Assembly (NCBI GenBank): GCA_035526825.1
Contig: DATLBT010000012.1
Coordinates: 1,414-65,413, forward strand
Length of the DNA: 64,000 nt
Direction of reading: 5' to 3'
From: Verrucomicrobiia bacterium
GTDB taxonomy: Bacteria > Pseudomonadota > Gammaproteobacteria > Nevskiales > Nevskiaceae
Positions 8,878-16,368 of this stretch are shown in pieces. Below the pieces are notes generated by a model. That model saw only the letters and a list, made by a program, of their open reading frames with translations, was not told where the DNA came from and made no database searches. The position numbers were made by a program, and so were the translations under genes. How positions within the stretch are numbered: the first letter of the stretch is position 1; each line of letters starts with the position of its first letter.

Positions 8878-8959
8878 CTGTTAGTTGCACGTCCATCTGC
8901 GCGAATTCAGAAGGGCTCCGCAGACCTGAGCTCCACAGAATCCGCCGTGTGCGTACCTC

Positions 8960-9148
8960 CTACAGCCCTTCGATCAACGTACGCGTCGGCCGGTAGTCCT
9001 TCTCGAACTCACGCGTGCGTTCCTTCAGCCACTTCAACTGCGCCGGTGTGAAGTCCGGCGCATCGGCTATCGATTCAGCTCGTGCCTGGTTGAGGTCGTG
9101 CTGCCCAAGGGCGACGCGAGCCTTCTTTGGGTTCTCGACTTCTTTCAT
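8960..9148 (-). CDS. Small hypothetical protein (62 aa)
   Basis: ORF with charged, protein-like composition (MKEVENPKKARVALGQHDLNQARAES...). Same strand as the neighbouring island genes. Weak RBS. Confidence 0.35.
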   Translation of the reverse strand: MKEVENPKKARVALGQHDLNQARAESIADAPDFTPAQLKWLKERTREFEKDYRPTRTLIEGL

Positions 9149-9220
9149 GGCATCAGGGACCTATCACATGCCGCGCAGTTGCTTCGCTCGGCAAAACCAG
9201 CAGTTGAACCATCAGGAACG

Positions 9221-9574
9221 TCAGTAGAAATCACTCCGGCCCTGCTGAAAGCGATCGTACGCCTCCCGAATCTCCTCTTGGGTAGGCGTGTGGAACGAGG
9301 TGGGATGACGAATTCGCCAAGCGACGCGATACCACGGCTCGAATTCCTCGAACTCAAAGTGAAAACCGGCCCGGGCCGCGTCGTACTCCGGATCGATCGC
9401 GGTGTCCGGGTCGAGTGCCAAGGCGCGAAGACGTCCGACCGTGGTATCGGCCTGACGCGCGGCGTCGGCCGGATCGCCGCCGCTTTGAACAAAGGCCACG
9501 CACCACACCAGTCGCTCCCGCTCGGACAATCGGGCCCAGGGAAGGAACGAGTGCGATGCAGGATCGGGAGGCAT
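9221..9574 (-). CDS. Hypothetical protein (117 aa)
   Basis: ORF on the same strand and directly downstream of the kfrA-like gene. No recognisable domain. Confidence 0.45.
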   Translation of the reverse strand: MPPDPASHSFLPWARLSERERLVWCVAFVQSGGDPADAARQADTTVGRLRALALDPDTAIDPEYDAARAGFHFEFEEFEPWYRVAWRIRHPTSFHTPTQEEIREAYDRFQQGRSDFY

Positions 9575-9614
9575 GGTCGTCGGGTCCGGCGTGCTCGCGG
9601 GGAATGGCGCTACG

Positions 9615-10490
9615 TTACTTCGTCGATCGCACCCGCGGCGCTTGGGGCACCCTTTTGGCGGTGGCGACGGGGCGGGCTTTGGCAGGCTGAGTCAGGCGCT
9701 TCAGCTGCGCCCCGAGCGTCTCGGCCCGGGCCGCCTGCGCACTGGCCTCGCGTTGGGCGACGTGCATCGCGCGCTGTGCGTCGCGCAGCGCGGTGGCGTG
9801 GTGTCGCGACTGCGTGGCCGCCTCGGCCTTGAGCGCCCTGGCCTCCTGGCGCAGCCGATCGATCTCGGCGTGGGCGCGGTCCTCGACCTGGACCACGTGC
9901 GTCCGCAAGGCCTCGCGCTCGGTCGCGGCCGCCGTGCGCGCGTCCTCTGCCTGCTGCACGACTAAATGGTGGCGGGCCAAGGTGGCGTCCAAGCGCACGG
10001 AAAGGGCCTGCAGCTCGGCCTGCTGGTCGGCTCGCTCGCGCAGCAAGTCACTGTTGCGCTGTTCGCTGATGGCTAGGGCGGACTGGTAGGCCGTGGCTTC
10101 GCCCTGGGACCGAAGGAGCTGTGTCTCCAAGCGCGCGCGCTGGGCGCGCTCCTCGGCGCTGGCGGCTTCGGCCTTGGCCAGGACGTCGGCGACCGCGGCC
10201 CGCTCGGGCGCCACCAGGGCCTCGCCGTGCGCGCGCCCGGCCTCGAGGGCGGTATGCCAAGCGTGCGCGAAGGCCTCGCCCACCGGCGTCGGCACGGACG
10301 GAAGGCCTTGAACCTGCGTCAGCCGCTGCGCGAGCTGCGCCCACCAGCTCTCGAGCACCGGCGCCAGCGCGTTGGGCGAGCCGCGCCCGAGCGCCCCGCG
10401 CACGCGCTCGACCGTGGGTCGCTCGCCGTCGGCGAGCAACGCGTCGGCGGCCTGGAACACCTCGTCCTGCGGAACCCCTCTCCTGGCCAT
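9615..10490 (-). CDS. kfrA: KfrA-like DNA-binding coiled-coil protein
   Basis: The N-terminus (MARRGVPQDEVFQAADALLADGERPTVERVRGALGRGSPNALAPVLESWW) matches the KfrA_N DNA-binding domain pattern. The remainder is Ala/Glu/Arg/Gln-rich coiled coil. Confidence 0.75.
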   Translation of the reverse strand: MARRGVPQDEVFQAADALLADGERPTVERVRGALGRGSPNALAPVLESWWAQLAQRLTQVQGLPSVPTPVGEAFAHAWHTALEAGRAHGEALVAPERAAVADVLAKAEAASAEERAQRARLETQLLRSQGEATAYQSALAISEQRNSDLLRERADQQAELQALSVRLDATLARHHLVVQQAEDARTAAATEREALRTHVVQVEDRAHAEIDRLRQEARALKAEAATQSRHHATALRDAQRAMHVAQREASAQAARAETLGAQLKRLTQPAKARPVATAKRVPQAPRVRSTK

Positions 10491-10598
10491 GGATTGCCCT
10501 CCGACGCGACCGCCCTGCCCCGTTGACCGTCTACCGCCGATAAGGGATAGTTATCAGCAGTAGACACCCTATTTCATATAAACTAGTACATTCAACAT

Positions 10599-11690
10599 AT
10601 GAAATCTAACACATTTCAGCCCGTCTCCGCTCTGCACCCGACGCTCAAGCCCGACCGACTTGCGGCGCAGGCGGCCGAGGCCGTGCGCGAGCTGTTGGCC
10701 GAAGCGGCTGCCGCAAACACAACGCGCAGCTATGCCAGCGCCCTGCGCTACTGGGCGGCGTGGTTCCAGGGACGCTTCGGCGTGGCGATTTCGCTGCCGG
10801 TGCCGGAAACCGCGGTCGTGCAGTTCGTCGTTGACCACCTGCCGAGGCGGAACAAGGCCGGCGTGATGGCGTGGGAATTGCCGGAGACCCTGGATGCGCA
10901 ACTGGTCGACGCCGGTCTGAAGAAAAAGCCGGGCGCCTTCAAGCTCAACACCGTGGTCCATCGCGTCGCCGTGCTGTCGGCCGCGCACCAGGCCCACAAG
11001 GCCGCCAACCCGTGCGAGCAGCCCGCGGTGCGCCATTTGCTGGCGCGTGGCCGCCGCGCCGCGGTCAAGCGCGGCGATCGCCCGCACAAGAAGACCGCCA
11101 TCACCAAACCGGAGCTTGAGGCGCTGCTGGCCACGTGCGATGACTCGCTCGAGGGCGTGCGTGACCGGGCGATCCTGTATTTCGGCTTCGCCAGCGGCGG
11201 ACGCCGGCGCAGCGAGATCGCCGCGGCCGACTGGATGGACCTGCGACGTATCAATGCGACCGACTTCATCTACCGGCTCGAGCACAGCAAGACCCGCCAG
11301 ACCGGCGCCAGTGCAGCCGTCGACGACACGCCCGACAAGCCGGTGCTCGGCCGCGCCGGCGCCGCGCTCGACGCTTGGCTGCGCGCCGCGAATATCACTA
11401 CCGGCCCTCTCTTCCGCCGTCTCTGGGGCGATCGCGTGGGGCCGGCGTTGTCGGCCAAGGCGGTGGCGGCGATCGTGCAGCGTCGCGCCGCGCAGGCCGG
11501 CCTGGCCGGGGATTTTGGCGGGCACAGCCTGCGCTCGGGCTTCATCACCGAGGGCGGTCGCCAAGGCATCGCCCTGCCCGCGCTGATGGCCCTCACCGAC
11601 CATCGCTCCGTCAAGCAGGCGATGGACTACTTCCAATCTGGCAGCGCCACCACCAATCCGGCGGCGCGCATGCTTGAGGCCGAGTCGTGA
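10599..11690 (+). CDS. Tyrosine recombinase/integrase, Cre-like
   Basis: Catalytic signature is present: ASGGRRRSEI (Arg I), GHSLRSGF (His-x-x-Arg) and HRSVKQAMDYF (His/Tyr nucleophile). The N-terminal SAM-like domain carries SYASALRYWAAWF. Confidence 0.85.
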   Translation: MKSNTFQPVSALHPTLKPDRLAAQAAEAVRELLAEAAAANTTRSYASALRYWAAWFQGRFGVAISLPVPETAVVQFVVDHLPRRNKAGVMAWELPETLDAQLVDAGLKKKPGAFKLNTVVHRVAVLSAAHQAHKAANPCEQPAVRHLLARGRRAAVKRGDRPHKKTAITKPELEALLATCDDSLEGVRDRAILYFGFASGGRRRSEIAAADWMDLRRINATDFIYRLEHSKTRQTGASAAVDDTPDKPVLGRAGAALDAWLRAANITTGPLFRRLWGDRVGPALSAKAVAAIVQRRAAQAGLAGDFGGHSLRSGFITEGGRQGIALPALMALTDHRSVKQAMDYFQSGSATTNPAARMLEAES

Positions 11691-11775
11691 CCGGCCCCGG
11701 ACCACTAGCTAGACTTCACGCGCCGTCTCAGCGCCTGGGACAACTCACCACCATCCTGCAGAGAAGGACCAGCGC

Positions 11776-12525
11776 ATGACGACCACGTCCAAGATCGAAT
11801 GGACCGAGCAGACCTGGAACCCAATCGTCGGGTGCACCAAGATCTCGGCCGGCTGCAAGAACTGCTACGCCGAAACCCTCGCCCGCCGCCTCAAAGCCAT
11901 GGGCACGGCCGGCTACGAGAACGGTTTTGCCCTGACGCTGCTGCCGAATCGGCTCGAGGAGCCGCTCAAGCGCAAAAAGCCCACCACCTACTTCGTCAAT
12001 TCGATGTCGGACCTGTTCCACGAGAAGGTGCCCGACACCTACATCGAGCAAATCGTCGCGGTCATGGCCGCCACGCCGCAGCACTCCTACCAGGTGCTGA
12101 CCAAGCGGGCCGCGCGCATGGCGCGCTTCTTCCGTACGCGCCACGTGCCAGCCAACGTCTGGTTGGGCGTATCGGTCGAGAACCGTCGCCATGGCGTGCC
12201 GCGCATCGACTATCTGCGCACCATCAACGCCGGCATCCGCTTCCTGTCGGTCGAACCGCTGCTCGAGGACGTCGGGGCGCTGGACTTGACCGGGATCCAC
12301 TGGGTCATCGTGGGCGGCGAGTCCGGGCCCAAGGCGCGGCCGATGGCGCCCGAATGGGCCGAATCGGTCCGGCTGCAGTGCCAAGACCAGGAGGTCGCGT
12401 TCTTCTTCAAGCAGTGGGGCGGCTGGGGTGCCGACGGCAAGCGCCGGGCCAAGGCCAAAAACGGCCGGCTGCTCAATGGGCGCACCTGGGACGAGATGCC
12501 GGCCGCGGTCGCCGCCATGGCCTGA
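11776..12525 (+). CDS. DUF5131 (phage Gp37/Gp68 family) three-Cys-motif protein
   Basis: The N-terminus (IEWTEQTWNPIVGCTKISAGCKNCYAE) carries the characteristic Cys-x6-Cys-x2-Cys motif. Family hallmarks SMSDLFHE, VSVE and IVGGESGP are present. Confidence 0.8.
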   Translation: MTTTSKIEWTEQTWNPIVGCTKISAGCKNCYAETLARRLKAMGTAGYENGFALTLLPNRLEEPLKRKKPTTYFVNSMSDLFHEKVPDTYIEQIVAVMAATPQHSYQVLTKRAARMARFFRTRHVPANVWLGVSVENRRHGVPRIDYLRTINAGIRFLSVEPLLEDVGALDLTGIHWVIVGGESGPKARPMAPEWAESVRLQCQDQEVAFFFKQWGGWGADGKRRAKAKNGRLLNGRTWDEMPAAVAAMA

Positions 12526-12607
12526 AGACGGTCAAAAGCAGGTAGTTTTGCCGCTTTTCGTGCCCGGGCGCGTAAGCTGACCTGAGCTCCCGCGGACAGG
12601 ACGGTCG

Positions 12608-13891
12608 GTGGTCAAGAAAGCCTACGAATGGAAGGCCGACGGCGCCCCCGCGCAAATCGCCCAGCACAGCGTCGCCAAGCACGAGGTCCTCAAGGCCTAC
12701 CTGCTCGAGTACCTGCAGACCCTGGTCAGCTCGCCGCACCAGGACACCATGCGCGTCACCCTCGTCGACGGTTTCGCCGGCGGCGGCGTCTACGACCACG
12801 AAGACACCGGCGAGCGCGTGCTCGGCTCCCCGTTCGCTTTCCTCAACACCGTGCGCGAAGCCGAAGCGCTGATGAGCCTGCAGCGCAATAAGCCGCTGCA
12901 GATGCTGGTGGACTACATCTTCGTCGAGAAAAACCGCGACGGCTTTGCCTCGCTGGAGAAAACCTTGCGCGAGGAAGGTTTCGGTGGGCGGTTCGGCACC
13001 GACATCCACCTGCACGCCGGCGGCTTTGAAGACTACGCGCAGAAGATCATCGAGTTCATCAAGAGCAAGAGCCCGCGTGCGGGCCGCTCGCTGTTCCTGC
13101 TCGACCAGTACGGTTACAAGGACGTGCCGCTGCCGCTGATCCGCAACATCCTCAGCGAACTGCCGCGCTCGGAGGTCATCCTGACCTTCGCGGTCGACTC
13201 CTTCATCAACTTCGTCAGCGACACCCCGCAATCGCGCAAGACCCTGCAGGCCATGGGCATCCCCAACGTGTTCCAGGGCCGCTCGGTGCGCGAGATCAAG
13301 GACAGTGAGCCAGAATTTCGCCTCTTCATCCAGAGCAGCCTCTACCGCAGCCTCATTGATGCGACGGGCGCCAAGTACTACACGGTGTTCTTCATCCGCA
13401 CGACCGGCCACGGCGACTACTGGCTGGTGCACCTGTCGCAGCACCCCCGCGCCCGCGACGTCATGACCGGCGTGCACTGGAAGAGCAACAACGACTTCTT
13501 GCACTACGGCGGCGCCGGTATCGACATGTTCCAAGGCGCGATGCTGGGTTACCAGACGCGCAAGGACGACGACTTCATGGGTCAGAGCGCCCTGCCCTTC
13601 GGCTTCGATGATCCCGCCGGCGAGGCGAGCATCAAGGCGCTGATGGAGCAGCTGCCGCGTCTCATCTACGCGCGCGAAGAAGGGCTGACCTTCGGTGAGT
13701 TGTTCGCCACAACCTGCAATACCTCGCCGGCTGATAGTGGCAAGTACAAGGACGCTCTCGGACGGCTGATCGAGCTCAAGGAGATCGACGCGTTCTCGAT
13801 CGACGGCAAGCGTCGCCTGAAGGCCACGACCTTGACCGACGCGGACCGGCTCACGCCGACCCGGCAATCGAAGCTGTTCTCGGGCGACTAG
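12608..13891 (+). CDS. tcmP: Three-Cys-motif partner protein TcmP
   Basis: It sits immediately downstream of the DUF5131 gene. The N-terminus (HSVAKHEVLKAYLLEYLQTL ... LVDGFAGGGVY) fits my recollection of the TcmP (TIGR04474) family, which is defined by this pairing. Confidence 0.65.
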   Translation: MVKKAYEWKADGAPAQIAQHSVAKHEVLKAYLLEYLQTLVSSPHQDTMRVTLVDGFAGGGVYDHEDTGERVLGSPFAFLNTVREAEALMSLQRNKPLQMLVDYIFVEKNRDGFASLEKTLREEGFGGRFGTDIHLHAGGFEDYAQKIIEFIKSKSPRAGRSLFLLDQYGYKDVPLPLIRNILSELPRSEVILTFAVDSFINFVSDTPQSRKTLQAMGIPNVFQGRSVREIKDSEPEFRLFIQSSLYRSLIDATGAKYYTVFFIRTTGHGDYWLVHLSQHPRARDVMTGVHWKSNNDFLHYGGAGIDMFQGAMLGYQTRKDDDFMGQSALPFGFDDPAGEASIKALMEQLPRLIYAREEGLTFGELFATTCNTSPADSGKYKDALGRLIELKEIDAFSIDGKRRLKATTLTDADRLTPTRQSKLFSGD

Positions 13892-14397
13892 TTGACCCAG
13901 ACCGCCTGCGCGACGCCCGGATCCGGGCCGACACGCAGCTCGATAAAGATCGCATGCACGTACTGCAGCCGCGGATCGTGCTTGTAGGCCTCCAGCTTCT
14001 GGAAGTCGACATGATCGTCCACCTGGCTGCTCGTCTTCTTAAATTCCATCACCAGGTAGTTGTCCGTGGTGTCACGGTGGTGAGCGATCACGTCCGGATA
14101 CACGGTCTTCCCATCGGTATCGGCGATGTCCCCTTGCAGTTCAAGCAGCTTAAGCCTTTCGAGCAGCATCATGATGCGCTTGGGGTCAGGCCCGTTGCGG
14201 TAGTACTCGCAGTCGACGTGCCAGTTGGGCAGCGCGGCTTGCAGGTACATGCCGAAGCGATGGGTCAGCGAGCGCTCGTTCGCGTCGACACGCAACAGGT
14301 GTTCGTCGCGCTCCAACAGGGCATTCAGTGCCTGCGCGATCGCCGCGCCGGGCTCGCGTTGCATAAGAATCTCGCGGATATCGTCGGAGATCGGCAT
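13888..14397 (-). CDS. Small PD-(D/E)XK nuclease-fold protein
   Basis: Candidate motif E (VDCEY) ... PD (VYPDVIAHH) ... ExK (LVMEFKK). Last gene of the minus-strand cluster headed by the Type IIG RM gene. Its 3' end overlaps TcmP by 4 nt (convergent). Confidence 0.55.
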   Translation of the reverse strand: MPISDDIREILMQREPGAAIAQALNALLERDEHLLRVDANERSLTHRFGMYLQAALPNWHVDCEYYRNGPDPKRIMMLLERLKLLELQGDIADTDGKTVYPDVIAHHRDTTDNYLVMEFKKTSSQVDDHVDFQKLEAYKHDPRLQYVHAIFIELRVGPDPGVAQAVWVN

Positions 14398-14410
14398 AGC
14401 GCAGGGACGG

Positions 14411-14713
14411 CTAGTCGCCGGCGTTCGCCGGGGTCCTCAAGTGCTTGGCCAACTCGCTCGCGCACAGCGGCTCGCCGTCGGGCCGCACGTTGGCGACTAT
14501 ATCGGCCGCGGACAGGATGGCGCCCAGCAGTTCCGCCTTACTGCGCCCTGCGTCGGTCCAATCTCCCGGTAGTGCCGTAATCGCCGCAATGGCCGTCTTG
14601 CCCGACAGGTACTGCACGCCACTGAGGAAGGTCCACTGCAAGCCGATCGCCTCGCGCAAACGCAGGCCGGCCGCGGTGGCGTCGAGCAGTTCGTCCCGCA
14701 CATCGAGCAGCAC
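14411..14713 (-). CDS. Hypothetical protein (100 aa), GTG start
   Basis: ORF between the Type IIG gene and the PD-(D/E)XK gene on the same strand. No domain recognised. Start uncertain. Confidence 0.3.
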   Translation of the reverse strand: MLLDVRDELLDATAAGLRLREAIGLQWTFLSGVQYLSGKTAIAAITALPGDWTDAGRSKAELLGAILSAADIVANVRPDGEPLCASELAKHLRTPANAGD

Positions 14714-14790
14714 CTGCGCGGCAACGACAGCCTGGCCTGTTCGCTGAGCCGGGACTTGCGCTTGGGAAAAGGCGATCGCATAGGTCGGCG

Positions 14791-16368
14791 CTACTCGTAC
14801 CGCGACGCCGAATCCAGGCCCTTGCGGAAGCCCATCTTGCGCGTGACCGTGCCCGGGTAGCGCGGGCGAATGTTGCGCAGGAATGGGTCGGTCGCCAGAT
14901 CCTGCTGCAGGCTTGTGATGTCAGTCGAATCCAGACCCAGGCAACTACCGACTAATGCATCCAGCGCGGAGATCGCGTCGTCCATGGCTTGGGCCAGGGC
15001 CTGCTCTCCGTGCTCGGCCACCACCTCGCGCCAGCGGTCGCGCTCGGCCGCGGTTCCGGGAATAGGCAGGTTGAGCAGCACGCTCTTGGTGACTTCGTCG
15101 CCCACGCGCTGGCCCAGCGCCAAGGCCAGACCTTCGGCGATGTCTGGACGGTTGGAGTCGACCCAGTCGAACAAATCCGAAGAAAGCGACACGCGCACGC
15201 CTTCGTCCGTCGGCGCCACCGCGATTTCGGCGACTACGGCCTCGTAGCCGCCGTCGGAGAAGTTGTCTCCAAACACCACCCGTGCGTCGGCGTCGGCCTG
15301 CAGGCGTACCTTGACCGTGGCATATCCCAGCCCTGTCAGTGCGGCCCGCAGCGACTCGGCGGCGGCCAAGCGGTGAGTGCACGCGTCCACCACGGACGCT
15401 CGCATGGCTTCGATCTCGGCCGTTCGCGCGGCGAGCGCGTCATTCCACGGCAAGAACGCCAGGTTGGTGGGATACACGTGGCTGCGCTGTGTTCGAAGTA
15501 CGCCCATGCGCGCGGCCAGAGCATAGAACCAGACGTACACATTGGACAGCAGCAACAAGTCAAATGGAACGTGGGCCAATTCATCGCGCGGAAGCAGGAT
15601 CGTCGCGGTATTGGTGAACGATTGAGTCGCCGGATCAAACATCACCCCGTTGGGGCAATGCGCCATTGCCGCCACCGCCAAGCCACGTGCCGGATGGATG
15701 TTCCGGTAGCGCCACAGGCTGATGTCGTCGATTTCATCGAAGTCTGCGTTGGTCAGCGCCGGATCGCCTTGCAGCTCGGTGGCAATAATGTTTTCGCCCT
15801 TGAACACATCGATGCCGCCGGCGCGCTGCGCCTTGTTGCCACGGAAGGCGACGCCGCCGGCGACCATACGACGTAGCTCCCACAGCGCAGGCTGCGTCGG
15901 CGGCTGGTCAACCCACTCCACGATCTTGCTCTTGTCTTTTCGCACCCAGTACGGCTTGGCGACGTCAGCAAAGGTTTGCTGCTTCCAGAGTTTGCGCAGG
16001 ATAGCCAGCCGAGCGGGCGTCACTCGCGTGAGGATGCGTCCGTCCGGCGAGAACAGGTCCGCATACGGCACCACCGCTTCCGGTATTGCCGCCAAGTTAA
16101 ATTCGGGAAGCGAATCGGCGTCGTGCGGCAACACGCAGGACGGATCGGCGAAGCGAATCGAAACGCTGTCCTCGGTCGTGGCAGGCCGGTTCTCGACGAT
16201 AATGATCGCGGGCAGCACGTCGGCGTCGAATACCTGGCGATAGATGATCTCCAGGTCGATCAGTTCGCGGATGACCCAACGCCCGCCCGGTTCAAACAGC
16301 TTGCGCAGCGGTCCCGTCTCGTTACCGTCGAACAGCGACCGGCAGGATGAAACCGACTTTGCCGGCAT
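14791..16368 (-). CDS. Type IIG restriction-modification enzyme, C-terminal (target-recognition) portion, separated from the N-terminal part by a frameshift
   Basis: The frame begins inside the overlap with the upstream ORF. The sequence SLFDGNETGPLRKLF continues the methyltransferase domain that ends ...GKVGFILPV in the other frame. Confidence 0.7.
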   Translation of the reverse strand: MPAKSVSSCRSLFDGNETGPLRKLFEPGGRWVIRELIDLEIIYRQVFDADVLPAIIIVENRPATTEDSVSIRFADPSCVLPHDADSLPEFNLAAIPEAVVPYADLFSPDGRILTRVTPARLAILRKLWKQQTFADVAKPYWVRKDKSKIVEWVDQPPTQPALWELRRMVAGGVAFRGNKAQRAGGIDVFKGENIIATELQGDPALTNADFDEIDDISLWRYRNIHPARGLAVAAMAHCPNGVMFDPATQSFTNTATILLPRDELAHVPFDLLLLSNVYVWFYALAARMGVLRTQRSHVYPTNLAFLPWNDALAARTAEIEAMRASVVDACTHRLAAAESLRAALTGLGYATVKVRLQADADARVVFGDNFSDGGYEAVVAEIAVAPTDEGVRVSLSSDLFDWVDSNRPDIAEGLALALGQRVGDEVTKSVLLNLPIPGTAAERDRWREVVAEHGEQALAQAMDDAISALDALVGSCLGLDSTDITSLQQDLATDPFLRNIRPRYPGTVTRKMGFRKGLDSASRYE

